This document shows, piece by piece, positions 10,464 to 20,310 of a stretch of 64,000 nt of DNA. The notes under the pieces were generated by a model, which saw only the letters and a program-made list of their open reading frames with translations, was not told where the DNA came from and ran no database searches. The stretch lies in contig JAYOYH010000001.1 in NCBI GenBank assembly GCA_038153405.1, forward strand, positions 192,156 to 256,155, given 5' to 3'. Origin of the DNA: Gemmatimonadota bacterium. GTDB taxonomy: Bacteria > Latescibacterota > UBA2968 > UBA8231. The position numbers and the translations under genes are program-made. Every line of letters starts with the position of its first letter. The first letter of the stretch is position 1.

Positions 10464-12172
10464 TGGTTTTGCAACGGCGTGAATTGGCCGCCCTGTCCGC
10501 GTTGCTCTGCCTCGCCCTATGGCTGCGCGCATGGGGCCTCGATCAGGGCTATCCGGCGATGTACGGTCACGTCGACGAAGTGGGCGTAGCGGCCAGCATC
10601 TGGAATTTCTATCGCGCACAGACCTTGTTGCCCACCGAGTTTACCTATCCTGCACTCTACTCCTATCTGACGGCTGCGGCCTTATACATAGTGACCTCGT
10701 TGGGCTGGGGGCCGCACGGGCAGGACGTTTCTGATAGCCTCGTACTGATATCCTATATCGATCCGGCGCGCGCCGCGCTGGTCGGGCGCTGGATCAGCGT
10801 TTTGTTGGGAACGGCTACGGTATATGCCACCTTTGCGCTGGGGCGGCGCCTAGGCGGAGTTGAGGTAGGCATCGTAGCCGCCCTGCTTACAGCCTTTGCA
10901 CGCGTGCCCGTGCAGCAGGCTCACCACGCGCTGCCCGATACGGCGATGGCCTTCGGGGCGCTGTGCGCGATGAGTGCGGCTTGGCGCATTGTCGAAGGGG
11001 ATTCGTGGCGCGCCTACCTGGCCGCCGGTGTGGCTGCCGGGTGCGTGGTGGCCACAAAATACAACGGCGCCTTGATTGCTCTTGCCATACCCGCGGCGCA
11101 TATGCTGCGCGCGCAGGGGAAGTGGACGGCGCTGGGCGATATTAAACTATGGAGTGCCATTGCCGCTTCCTTCCTCGCGCTCTTTGTCGGTTCGCCCTAT
11201 ATCGTTCTTGCCGCCGAAAAATATTGGTCCGTCGCCCGCTACCAATTCTCGAGTCTAGACTTCTCGCTGACTGAGACGCAGCCGTGGTGGTGGGTCGTGC
11301 GTTCGCTGCTGGAATACGAATGGGGAATAGGAGGAGCTATGCTGCTGGGTATGGGGTGGGCTATTTGGCGGCGCGGACCGTTTGAAATACTGCTCTTATC
11401 GACGTGGGTGCCCAGCTTTATTTACATCGGCTCGTGGACGCGCGAGAGCCTGCACTATGTGCTGCACTTCTATCCGCTGTGGGCCATTGCCGCTGCCCTC
11501 GCGCTGAAGTGGGCCCGTAGGCGCATGGGTGTGGGCTGCGCCTGGCCGTTGATGGGCGTGGCCATTTTGGTCGCGCCCAACCTCTATGCGGGGGCTGAGT
11601 CGGGCAGGGAAATGGCACAGCCCGACGTGCGTGAGCAGGCGGCAGAGTGGATTGAGCAGCGCGCTGCCGAGGGAACGGTGCTCGCTACTACGTGGCTGCC
11701 GTACGGGCCGCAATTAGAACTGCAATCGGCGCGGCGTGGACTGCTCCAGGCGTACCGATCGCAGCCGCAGGTCTTGGCCTTTCTCGAAACATACTGGGCA
11801 AAGCGACCGGCCTACGAGCTGGTCAATCTGGAAGTATGGCTCAAACAGCCCGTCGTTCCCGAAGTGTACCGTCCCCACGTCGACCTCGACGACCCAGAGA
11901 CGCGCCGCGTCTTCAGCCGAGGTTGGCTTAGCCCCCGTCAGCTCAAGAGTCGCGGCGTGCGCTACATCGTGCTGCCCGAGGCGGTCTATGGCCGCTATCT
12001 GGAGGGCGAGCCGCCGGGCGAACGGAGTGCAGCGCACTACCACTACGCGAAAAATCGCGCCTATTTTTCCAACCTCATCGATCCGGCTAACGGCCAAGTC
12101 GAGCGCGTTGCGCGCTTTGTCGCCCGCTCCGGCGAAAAGGGCAGCGCCATCGCCATTTATCGCCTGCGTTAG
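10463..12172 (+). CDS. GT-C fold membrane glycosyltransferase (PMT/ArnT-like)
   Basis: Multi-TM; HVDE in first loop, YPALYSY, ATKY; translationally coupled to the GT2. Confidence 0.75.
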   Translation: MVLQRRELAALSALLCLALWLRAWGLDQGYPAMYGHVDEVGVAASIWNFYRAQTLLPTEFTYPALYSYLTAAALYIVTSLGWGPHGQDVSDSLVLISYIDPARAALVGRWISVLLGTATVYATFALGRRLGGVEVGIVAALLTAFARVPVQQAHHALPDTAMAFGALCAMSAAWRIVEGDSWRAYLAAGVAAGCVVATKYNGALIALAIPAAHMLRAQGKWTALGDIKLWSAIAASFLALFVGSPYIVLAAEKYWSVARYQFSSLDFSLTETQPWWWVVRSLLEYEWGIGGAMLLGMGWAIWRRGPFEILLLSTWVPSFIYIGSWTRESLHYVLHFYPLWAIAAALALKWARRRMGVGCAWPLMGVAILVAPNLYAGAESGREMAQPDVREQAAEWIEQRAAEGTVLATTWLPYGPQLELQSARRGLLQAYRSQPQVLAFLETYWAKRPAYELVNLEVWLKQPVVPEVYRPHVDLDDPETRRVFSRGWLSPRQLKSRGVRYIVLPEAVYGRYLEGEPPGERSAAHYHYAKNRAYFSNLIDPANGQVERVARFVARSGEKGSAIAIYRLR

Positions 12173-13332
12173 TTCTGCAACAGGCCCATGGCCATATTGG
12201 CGGCAATATGCGACTGGGTAAGCGTGGCCGCCGACGCCTGCCGGATGATTTCGTTGCGCGCTAACTGAGATGTTTCCCAGGCGTAATCGACGTCGCGTAT
12301 GGTCGCTTCCGAAGCGCTAATGCGCTCGATGGAATTGGTGGTAAAGTCTAGGGTGTGCGTCAGTCGGTTGACTATGGCGCCCACCTGCCCGCGCACTTTA
12401 CCAACGCGGTAGATCGCTCCATCCAAATGGGACAGCGCCGCGCGCGCCGTGTCGCGCGTGCCCATGCTGATGCCGGCCAAGTCCAATACGGTTCCGTCCG
12501 TTTGCAGGTCGGCGATATCGTAGTCTAATCGATCGGCAGGTACGGCATCGCTGCCCAGTTGGAAGCTGCCGCCAATGTTTTGAATCTCGATAGTTTTTCC
12601 GTCTAGTTCGCCGTCGCTATAAGCGCCCAGTGCGCCCTTTACCCCTTGACCTGCTAGCACGACTTCAATGCCGAGGGAGTCGAAATTGACGACCTGAGTC
12701 GTTCCGTCCGCTACGTTGCCGTCCACCGTGCGCGATCCCAAGTTGACCGTCTGCGTAATCGTTCCGTTGCCCAGGGTGATTTCGTTATCATCTGGGTTAT
12801 CCATAAAGGTATACGTGCCCTCTGTCGCACCGGTTAGTTTGATAAAGCGGACCCCGGTATCGGCTGCGTCGGTCACGGCGGTTGAAGCGTCTTTGATAAC
12901 GGAGTTGCCAAATCCGCTCAGCACGGTCTGATCGTTATAGCTCGATACGCGAACGAGCCGGTCGATTTCCCCCTTCAATTGGTTGAACTCGGCCTCGATG
13001 GCTTCGCGGTTTTTGTCGTTGAGCGTGTCGGTAGATGATTCGAGTGCCAACTCGCGCATGCGGATGAGCATGGCGCTGATCTCGTTCATTCCGCCTTCTG
13101 CCGTATGCAGGAGGTCGAGGGCATTTTCCGTGTTGCGCGCGCCTTGGGCCAGACCTTCTAATTCGGCGCGCATGCCTTCGGACATAGAGAGGCGCGCGGC
13201 GCTGTCGCGGGCAGAGTTAATGGCCAGGCCCGACGATAGGCGCGCTCTGCGATCTAGGCTATCCCGCTCTACTTGGCCAAGCGTGTTCGAGGTCCGCAGG
13301 GCGGAAATATTGCTGTTGATGCTGATGGTCAT
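12169..13332 (-). CDS. fliC: Flagellin (divergent paralogue)
   Basis: RLSSGLAINSARDSAA, AEGGMNEI..RMRELA, C-terminal IRDVDYA; AAGGAGG RBS. Confidence 0.9.
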   Translation of the reverse strand: MTISINSNISALRTSNTLGQVERDSLDRRARLSSGLAINSARDSAARLSMSEGMRAELEGLAQGARNTENALDLLHTAEGGMNEISAMLIRMRELALESSTDTLNDKNREAIEAEFNQLKGEIDRLVRVSSYNDQTVLSGFGNSVIKDASTAVTDAADTGVRFIKLTGATEGTYTFMDNPDDNEITLGNGTITQTVNLGSRTVDGNVADGTTQVVNFDSLGIEVVLAGQGVKGALGAYSDGELDGKTIEIQNIGGSFQLGSDAVPADRLDYDIADLQTDGTVLDLAGISMGTRDTARAALSHLDGAIYRVGKVRGQVGAIVNRLTHTLDFTTNSIERISASEATIRDVDYAWETSQLARNEIIRQASAATLTQSHIAANMAMGLLQN

Positions 13333-13439
13333 TTTCGAACCTCCTTGTTCTTATAGACCTTGGGGCAGCGGCCAACTGCGCGGTGGCAGATGGCTCAACA
13401 AATATATTAAACTTAGCATTACTTGATACTACATGATAT

Positions 13440-13466
13440 TTATCGGGATAAAAAATAGCGACTTTA
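13440..13466 (-). promoter_or_regulatory. sigma-28 (FliA/SigD)-type promoter for the minus-strand flagellin
   Basis: TAAA-N15-CCCGATAA on minus strand. Confidence 0.7.
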
Positions 13467-13496
13467 CGATTTTTTTAAAAAACTTGAAGAAGCCAT

Positions 13497-13524
13497 TAAA
13501 GTTGCGTTGTAAAGTCGCCGATAT
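13497..13524 (+). promoter_or_regulatory. sigma-28 (FliA/SigD)-type promoter for the plus-strand flagellin
   Basis: TAAA-N16-GCCGATAT, matching the SigD-type consensus. Confidence 0.8.
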
Positions 13525-13666
13525 ACTGAGTAGGGTCATTGCGATTTGATCATACCTGTAAACATAACAGCGATTTATATAATTACAAATAGCTGTAAAT
13601 AATATACTTATCAATTGGGAAAATCATTCCTCCGGCCGGTGGAATTAAGCGAGGAGCGTATCCTGA

Positions 13667-14824
13667 ATGCCACTCAGAGTCAATCACAATCTCAAAGCGA
13701 TCAACGCCCAGCGCATGATAAAGCGCAATACCGGTGCCATGAATCGCCAATTGGAACGCCTGTCTTCGGGCATGCGCGTCAACCGGGCCGCCGACGATGC
13801 GGCCGGCTTGTCTATTTCTGAGGGCATGCGCGGTGAGATATCGGGTCTCAACCAGAACGTGCGCAATGCGGAACACGCGACCAACCTCTTGCAGGTGGCC
13901 GAGGGGTCTCTGCATGAGGTGAGTAGCATTCTCTTGCGCATGCGCGAATTGGCCGTTCAATCGGCTTCGAGCACGATGAACGATACCAACCGCGAGTCGA
14001 TGCTGGCCGAATTCACCCAACTGCGCACGGAGATCGATCGCATTGCCGAATCGACCACCTACAACGACCAGTCGCTATTGGTCGGTTTTGGCAATAGTGC
14101 GTCGGCTGATTCCACGGCGATAACGACGAGCAATGAGACGGGCGTGGTGCGCGTGGGACTGAACGCGGTCCAGGCTGGCACCTACACATTTATAGACAGT
14201 GCGGGCGATGACGAAGTCACCTTGGGCAACGGCGTGGTGACCCAGACTATCAGTTTGGGGACCAAGTTAGAGGATGGCGCCGTGTCTGAAGGGTCGACGA
14301 TCATCGCCAATTTTGATCGACTTGGCATTCAGGTATCGCTGGCCGGCGTCGGTGGTTCGGGTGCTACGGGCAGCTATGTCGACGGAGATCTGGGCGGCGA
14401 GAACTTGGTTGTGGAAGAAGGTACGGGCGGCGACTTTCAGGTGGGGCCGACGGACGCCGCGGTAAATCGCATTGAAGTGGGGATTGGCGATCTGCGCGCC
14501 TCGGGCAGCATTCTCAATCTCAATGAAGCATCGGTCGATACGATTGGCAGCGCGCGTCAGGCCATATCGACAATCGACCAGGCCATTTTCAATCTGTCCA
14601 ACGAGCGCGGCAAAATTGGTTCGGCGCAGAACAGACTATCGTTCACCATCGCCTACAGCGAGAACGAGATTGAGAATATACAGGCTTCTGAGGCGACGAT
14701 TCGCGATGCCGATATCGCTCTGGAAGTGACGGAGTTCAGCCGTGGGCAGATTCTCATGCAGAGCAGTACCGCGATGTTGGCGCAGGCCAACGTAAGTGCC
14801 GTATCGGTGTTATCGCTCCTGTGA
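13667..14824 (+). CDS. fliC: Flagellin
   Basis: ERLSSGMRVNRAADDAAGL, RMRELAVQ, QNRL, IRDADIA, AMLAQAN, VLSLL; GAGGAG RBS. Confidence 0.95.
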   Translation: MPLRVNHNLKAINAQRMIKRNTGAMNRQLERLSSGMRVNRAADDAAGLSISEGMRGEISGLNQNVRNAEHATNLLQVAEGSLHEVSSILLRMRELAVQSASSTMNDTNRESMLAEFTQLRTEIDRIAESTTYNDQSLLVGFGNSASADSTAITTSNETGVVRVGLNAVQAGTYTFIDSAGDDEVTLGNGVVTQTISLGTKLEDGAVSEGSTIIANFDRLGIQVSLAGVGGSGATGSYVDGDLGGENLVVEEGTGGDFQVGPTDAAVNRIEVGIGDLRASGSILNLNEASVDTIGSARQAISTIDQAIFNLSNERGKIGSAQNRLSFTIAYSENEIENIQASEATIRDADIALEVTEFSRGQILMQSSTAMLAQANVSAVSVLSLL

Positions 14825-14944
14825 GAAGGGCGCCGTAAGAGAGCGCTATAACCGCATGACGAGCAGGGCCATTTCGCCTGGAGTGGCCCTCTCTCCGTAT
14901 CTGTCTTGACGAATGGGGACGTCTCCACTATTCTCCTCTTCCCC

Positions 14945-15973
14945 ATGAATCTTTCCGACTACGATTTCGATCTTCCGCAGGAACTGATCGCCCAAGAGCC
15001 GGTTGCCCAGCGCGATCAGTCGCGCCTGCTCGTGCTCGATCGCGGCGAGGGCAGCGTGCGCCATATGCGCTTTGCCGATATTGTCGACCTTGTTGCGCCT
15101 GGCGACGTGCTCGTCGTCAACCAAACGCGCGTTTTTCCCGCCCGGTTGCACGGCACGCGCGCGCAGACGGGCGGCAAGGTCGAACTATTGCTCATCGCGC
15201 GCGAGCCCAGCGGCCATTGGTTGGCCATGGGAAAGCCGGGGAGGGCGCTGCAGGTGGGCAGCGAGCTCGTTTTTGCAGAGGGTAGGCTGCGCGCCTTTGT
15301 CGTAGAGCGCACGGTAGGGGGACGCGTCCGACTGCAGTTCGACGCGGAGGATATCATGCCCATCGTCGAACAAGTGGGAGAGATACCGCTGCCACCCTAC
15401 ATTCGCCGCGCGGCGACGAGCGACGATGCCGATCGCTACCAGACCGTGTTTGCGCGCGCGCACGGGGCGATTGCCGCTCCGACGGCTGGTCTGCATTTTA
15501 CGCAACCGCTCTTAGATCAAATCGGTCGCGCCGGCACGGCTATTGAGCCGGTGTTGCTGCATGTAGGACCGGGCACATTTGAACCAGTGCGCGCGACCGA
15601 TCCGCGTGCCCATCGCATAGAAGCGGAGTACTTTGAAGTCTCTGCCACGGCAGCGGAGGAAATCAATCGGCGGCGGCGGGACGGGGGACGCGCCGTCGCT
15701 GTAGGCACGACGTCGGTGCGCGCTTTGGAAACGGCCGTCGACGGTAAGGGGCTGCTGCACGAATCCAATGGATGGACCGATGCCTTTATTTATCCGCCCT
15801 ATACATTTGGCGCGGTGGATGTTCTGGTGACGAATTTCCATTTGCCCAAATCAACGCTGCTGATGCTCGTTGCCGCGTTTGCCGGCTACGAGCACCTGAT
15901 GAGGGCCTACGCTGAAGCGGTGCGAGAGGGTTATCGATTTTACAGCTATGGCGATGCTATGATGGTAGTCTGA
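14945..15973 (+). CDS. queA: S-adenosylmethionine:tRNA ribosyltransferase-isomerase
   Basis: DFDLPQELIAQ, PLPPYI, YQTV, AAPTAGLHF, TNFHLPKST, YRFYSYGDAM. Confidence 0.97.
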   Translation: MNLSDYDFDLPQELIAQEPVAQRDQSRLLVLDRGEGSVRHMRFADIVDLVAPGDVLVVNQTRVFPARLHGTRAQTGGKVELLLIAREPSGHWLAMGKPGRALQVGSELVFAEGRLRAFVVERTVGGRVRLQFDAEDIMPIVEQVGEIPLPPYIRRAATSDDADRYQTVFARAHGAIAAPTAGLHFTQPLLDQIGRAGTAIEPVLLHVGPGTFEPVRATDPRAHRIEAEYFEVSATAAEEINRRRRDGGRAVAVGTTSVRALETAVDGKGLLHESNGWTDAFIYPPYTFGAVDVLVTNFHLPKSTLLMLVAAFAGYEHLMRAYAEAVREGYRFYSYGDAMMVV

Positions 15974-15976
15974 GCT

Positions 15977-17152
15977 ATGAGTGAGAGGCGAGCAACGGCC
16001 ATTGTAGTCGCAGGCGGCAAGGGCGTGCGCATGGGCGGCGATCTACCCAAGCAGTATATGCAGCTGCGCGGTCGGCCGGTTATGTGGCATACACTAATGT
16101 GCTTTGAGCGCGCAGAAAGCATCGCGTCGATTGTCGTCGTCGTGCGCGCAGAGGATCTACAGTACTGCCATCAAGAAGTGCTGGGCGACGGTCTTTTTTG
16201 CAAGGTGCGCGCCGTGGTGGCTGGCGGTGCCGAGCGCGCAGATTCCGTCCGCGCCGGGCTCGAGGCAACGGAGTCCAGCGATGAGATTATACTGGTGCAC
16301 GACGCCGTGCGGCCTTTTGTCTCTGCCGAGTTGATCGGGCGCGTGGTCGCTGCGGCCGCTCAGTGGGGAGCGGCGCTGCCGTGCCTACCCGTGAAAGAGA
16401 CCATCAAAGTCGTCGACGGCAAATGGGTTCGCTCGACGCCTCAGCGCCAGACGCTGCAGGGCGCGCAAACGCCTCAGGGTTTTCGCCGCGATATACTGTC
16501 GAGAGCCCATGCCGCCGATCGAGTACCCGAGGCGACGGACGATGCCATGTTGGTCGAAGATCTCGGGCTGCCGGTGCGCGTCGTCGCCGGCGAAGAGGTC
16601 AACCGAAAGCTAACTACGCCCGCCGATTGGGCATGGGCACAGCATCATCTAGCGGAGGAAGAGCATATGGCCAAAGTGGAGATGCGCGTGGGGCAGGGAT
16701 ACGATGTGCACCGTTTGGGACCGGACCGCAGGCTAGTTTTGGGCGGGGTAGAGGTGCCATTTCACTTAGGACTCGAGGGGCATTCGGATGCCGATGTGTT
16801 GACACACGCAATTATCGACGCGCTAGTCGGAGCCATTGGCGAGGGCGACATTGGGCGCCTCTTCCCAGACGACGATGCGCAATACGAGAATATTTCGAGC
16901 CTGATTCTTTTGCAGCGCGTCGGTGCTCTACTGGCTCAACGCGGGGCCGAGATCGTCAATGTCGATGCCGTGGTTATGGCGCAGCGACCCAAACTAGCGC
17001 CTCATATCGATGCGATGCGAGCAGCCCTGGCGGAAGTGCTGGGCGTTGAATTGGCCACTGTTTCGATCAAGGCGACGACGACGGAGCGCCTGGGCTTTGT
17101 CGGGCGCGAAGAGGGCATGGCGGCGCAGGCCGTTGCGCTGGTGCGACTGTAG
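15977..17152 (+). CDS. ispDF: Bifunctional IspD/IspF
   Basis: AGGKGVRM, HDAVRP, QTPQ, TDDA; then GQGYDVH, HSDADV, GDIG, KATTTE. Confidence 0.95.
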   Translation: MSERRATAIVVAGGKGVRMGGDLPKQYMQLRGRPVMWHTLMCFERAESIASIVVVVRAEDLQYCHQEVLGDGLFCKVRAVVAGGAERADSVRAGLEATESSDEIILVHDAVRPFVSAELIGRVVAAAAQWGAALPCLPVKETIKVVDGKWVRSTPQRQTLQGAQTPQGFRRDILSRAHAADRVPEATDDAMLVEDLGLPVRVVAGEEVNRKLTTPADWAWAQHHLAEEEHMAKVEMRVGQGYDVHRLGPDRRLVLGGVEVPFHLGLEGHSDADVLTHAIIDALVGAIGEGDIGRLFPDDDAQYENISSLILLQRVGALLAQRGAEIVNVDAVVMAQRPKLAPHIDAMRAALAEVLGVELATVSIKATTTERLGFVGREEGMAAQAVALVRL

Positions 17153-17156
17153 GGCG

Positions 17157-17765
17157 ATGGAAGAATTTGTCCAGCAGCATATTATCGAGCGCTTGGAAGG
17201 CATGGATGCGCAGTGGGCCTACGGCTTGCTCTTCCTCAGTGCCATTATGGAAAATATCGCGCCCCCGGTGCCCGGCGATACCGTCGTGGTGTTTAGCGCG
17301 TATTTGGTCGGCCGCGGCGTTTGGAGCTTTTGGCCCGTTTTTTTTGCAACGGTAGGCGGAGGTATTGCGGGTTTTATGGCGATGTTTTTTCTCGGCGCGC
17401 GCTATGGCCGTGCGCTGTTTAGCGGTCGGCACGGGCGCATATTCTCTGCCGAGGGGCTCGACAGAGCTGAGCAGTGGCTCGCGCGCTATGGTATCTGGCT
17501 TATCTTGGGCAATCGATTTCTGTCGGGCGTTCGCTCGGTGATCGCCATTGCGGCCGGCATCGGCGGCATGGGGCCAGTGCGCGTAGCGCTTGGCGGCGCG
17601 CTGAGTATGGTCGTGTGGAACGGACTTTTGCTGTATGTGGGTATGCTGCTCGGGCAAAACTGGTCCGAAGTGGGCGAGATGCTGAAACAGTATAATCGCG
17701 TCTTGCTGGCTGTCGCCGCCGTTGGTATTCTGTTGTTTATAGGCCGTAGATGGACAAAGACTTGA
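17157..17765 (+). CDS. DedA family membrane protein
   Basis: ENIAPPVPGD, GNRFLSGVR motifs; multi-TM. Confidence 0.88.
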   Translation: MEEFVQQHIIERLEGMDAQWAYGLLFLSAIMENIAPPVPGDTVVVFSAYLVGRGVWSFWPVFFATVGGGIAGFMAMFFLGARYGRALFSGRHGRIFSAEGLDRAEQWLARYGIWLILGNRFLSGVRSVIAIAAGIGGMGPVRVALGGALSMVVWNGLLLYVGMLLGQNWSEVGEMLKQYNRVLLAVAAVGILLFIGRRWTKT

Positions 17766-17790
17766 CAACCCGAATCAGCGCCTTTAATTT
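17762..17790 (+). promoter_or_regulatory. sigma-70-type promoter of rplM-rpsI
   Basis: TTGACA-N17-TAATTT. Confidence 0.6.
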
Positions 17791-17859
17791 TAACGTCTTA
17801 TTCAATATATGCATTTGTTCGTGCGGCCGTGTGCTGCGCGTTTTTGCGGAATGGACAGC

Positions 17860-18297
17860 ATGAGCAACAAAACCTTTAGCCCCAAAGCTGGCGACATAGA
17901 GCATCAGTGGCACATCGTCGATGCCACGGACAAGGTTCTCGGACGTCTGGCCTCGCAGATTGCCCAGGTGTTGAAGGGCAAGCACAAGCCGACCTATGCG
18001 CCTCATATGGACATGGGCGATCACATTGTCGTCGTCAATATCGACAAGGTGCGCGTTACGGGATCGAAGGCCGATAAGAAGGTCTACCATCGGCATACCG
18101 GCTATCCGGGCGGGTTGCGCACGACGACCTACGAGCGCATGATGGAAGAACATCCCGATCGCATTCTCAAAAAGGCCGTATGGGGCATGTTGCCCAACAA
18201 TCGCCTGGGGCGTCAGCTCTTGAAGAAGCTGCGCGTCTACTCCGGCCCCGAGCATCGGCACGAGGCCCAGCAGCCCCAGCCGTTGGAAATACACTAA
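17860..18297 (+). CDS. rplM: 50S ribosomal protein L13
   Basis: WHIVDA, LGRLAS, GKHKP, HTGYPGG, GMLP. Confidence 0.97.
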   Translation: MSNKTFSPKAGDIEHQWHIVDATDKVLGRLASQIAQVLKGKHKPTYAPHMDMGDHIVVVNIDKVRVTGSKADKKVYHRHTGYPGGLRTTTYERMMEEHPDRILKKAVWGMLPNNRLGRQLLKKLRVYSGPEHRHEAQQPQPLEIH

Positions 18298-18334
18298 ACG
18301 AATCGCTTGACTGCCAACGAGAGGTAGAGCATTA

Positions 18335-18727
18335 ATGCCTGGAGAAAGCTACGAAGCCACTGGACGTCGCAAGACGTCGGTCGCCCGCGTATGGTTGCGC
18401 CCCGGATCGGGAAATATCGTGATGAACGGGCGTCCCGTGAACGATTACCTGCGCAGGGGCGCGCTGGAAATGATTCTGGTCCAGCCGCTCGATCTGACCG
18501 AGACGCGCGAACAATTTGACGTCCACATTTCGACGCGCGGTGGCGGTTTGCGCGGACAGGCTGGAGCGGCTTGTCTGGGTATCGCGCGCGCGCTGATCAA
18601 GTTCAACCCCGAAATGCGCACTTCGCTGAAAAAGGCGGGCTTTCTAACCCGCGACGCACGCGAGAAAGAGCGCAAGAAGTACGGCTTGGCCGGTGCGCGC
18701 AAGCGCTTTCAGTTTTCCAAGCGCTAG
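18335..18727 (+). CDS. rpsI: 30S ribosomal protein S9
   Basis: [23 protein letters not shown]. Confidence 0.98.
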   Translation: MPGESYEATGRRKTSVARVWLRPGSGNIVMNGRPVNDYLRRGALEMILVQPLDLTETREQFDVHISTRGGGLRGQAGAACLGIARALIKFNPEMRTSLKKAGFLTRDAREKERKKYGLAGARKRFQFSKR

Positions 18728-18744
18728 CAGTAGTGCTGTAAATT

Positions 18745-18835
18745 CGCACGCCCTCAGATGTAAGCAGAAGTGTGCCCGCGGGCGTTGCCTGCGGGTATTC
18801 TGCTTATAGGTGAAGAGGGCGGAGGCTCAACATAA
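18745..18835 (+). ncRNA. rpsB leader (t44 / S2 autoregulatory RNA-like)
   Basis: Nested stems CGCCCTC/GAGGGCG, TAAGCAGAA/TTCTGCTTA, CCCGCGGGC/GCCTGCGGG followed by GGAGGC, directly upstream of rpsB. Confidence 0.7.
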
Positions 18836-18850
18836 CATAGGAGTTAACCC

Positions 18851-19615
18851 ATGGCAGAGATCAATATTCGCGATCTGCTCGAAGCCGGCACCCATTTTGG
18901 GCACCAGACCCGCCGTTGGAATCCGAAAATGCGCCCGTTTATTTTCACCGAGCGCAACAAGATCCACATTATCGACCTGCAGAAGACCGTTGGCAAGATC
19001 GAAGAAGCATGCCAGGTCGTGCGCGAGACGGCCCGCGCCGGCAAGTCGATTCTCTTTGTCGGCACGAAAAAACAGGCAGCCGATATCGTGCGCCAAGAAG
19101 CCGAGCGCTGCGAGCAGTTTTACGTCACCGATCGCTGGTTGGGCGGCATGCTGACTAACTGGCCGACCATTCGCCAGAGCATTCGCCACCTCGACCACCT
19201 GGACCGAATCGCTACCGACGGCACCTACGACAAGCTCAAAAAGAAGGAAGTGCTGCTGCTGGAAAAGGAGCGCGCCCGCCTAGTGCGCACGCTGACGGGT
19301 ATTCGCAATATGGGCGGCATTCCCGGTCTGGTCGTCATCGTAGATATTCGCAAAGAGCACATCGCCGTGCGCGAGGCGACGAAGCTTTCCATTCCTGCCG
19401 TCGCCATCGTCGATACCAACTGCGACCCGGGCTTGGTCGACTATCCGATTCCCGGCAACGACGATGCCATTCGTTCCATTGGCCTGATTGCCCAATATCT
19501 GGCCGATGCCGTTATCGAAGGACGGGCAGAGGCCGCCGCGGCCAAGGGCGAAGATAAGGGCGAAGCCGTCGGGGCTGCCGCTCAAGTGGTGGAAAAAACC
19601 GAATCCGCACAGTAG
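18851..19615 (+). CDS. rpsB: 30S ribosomal protein S2
   Basis: HFGHQTRRWNPKM, RWLGGMLTN, DTNCDP, PGNDDA. Confidence 0.98.
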   Translation: MAEINIRDLLEAGTHFGHQTRRWNPKMRPFIFTERNKIHIIDLQKTVGKIEEACQVVRETARAGKSILFVGTKKQAADIVRQEAERCEQFYVTDRWLGGMLTNWPTIRQSIRHLDHLDRIATDGTYDKLKKKEVLLLEKERARLVRTLTGIRNMGGIPGLVVIVDIRKEHIAVREATKLSIPAVAIVDTNCDPGLVDYPIPGNDDAIRSIGLIAQYLADAVIEGRAEAAAAKGEDKGEAVGAAAQVVEKTESAQ

Positions 19616-19670
19616 GTGTGCGCAGAGAACAATCGAAAAAATTCATACCCAAATAGCAGAGTAGAATCAA

Positions 19671-20270
19671 ATGGCAGAAATATCGGCAAAAGCAGTAATG
19701 CAGCTCCGCAAGCAGACGGGGTTGGGCATGATGGACTGCAAGAAGGCCTTGCAAGAAACCGAGGGCGACGTCGACAAAGCGGTTGAGTACTTGCGCAAGC
19801 AAGGGATGGCCGCTGTCGAAAAACGCGCAGGTCGCGATGCGACCGATGGGCTCATCGTCTCCTATATTCATCCGGGTAGCCGTCTCGGCGTGCTGGTAGA
19901 AGTCAACTGCGAGACGGACTTTGTCGCGCGCACCGATGATTTCCAGCAATTTGCCCGCGACGTGGCCATGCACATAGCTGCTGCCCAGCCAATGGCTGTG
20001 GATCGCGATGGTATTGATGCACAGGTATTGGATAAGGAGCGGGTTATCTACCTCGAGCAGGCCAAAAACGAGGGCAAGCCGGAGAATATAGCCGAGAAAA
20101 TAGTTCAGGGGCGCGTGGAGAAGTTCTTCCAGGAAAATTGCTTGATGGAACAGCCGTTTGTGAAGAATCCCGACCAGACGATTGATGAGATGATCGTCGA
20201 GCTAACGGCGAAGATCGGCGAGAAAATAGGCGTGCGCCGCTTTGCCAGCTTCCGTTTAGGTGAAGAGTAG
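19671..20270 (+). CDS. tsf: Elongation factor Ts (short form)
   Basis: GMMDCKKAL, EVNCETDFVA. Confidence 0.97.
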   Translation: MAEISAKAVMQLRKQTGLGMMDCKKALQETEGDVDKAVEYLRKQGMAAVEKRAGRDATDGLIVSYIHPGSRLGVLVEVNCETDFVARTDDFQQFARDVAMHIAAAQPMAVDRDGIDAQVLDKERVIYLEQAKNEGKPENIAEKIVQGRVEKFFQENCLMEQPFVKNPDQTIDEMIVELTAKIGEKIGVRRFASFRLGEE

Positions 20271-20310
20271 CGCACGGCAATAACGCGCAGCGCAAGCGGG
20301 GGTAGACATC

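Noticed and set aside
9771..13332. GT2/GT-C pair as a flagellin glycosylation system
   Set aside because: Genes are convergent, and GT-C enzymes act outside the cytoplasm while bacterial flagellin glycosylation is typically cytoplasmic; adjacency alone is insufficient
15977..17152. IspD-IspF fusion as a novelty
   Set aside because: Well-known bifunctional enzyme in many bacteria
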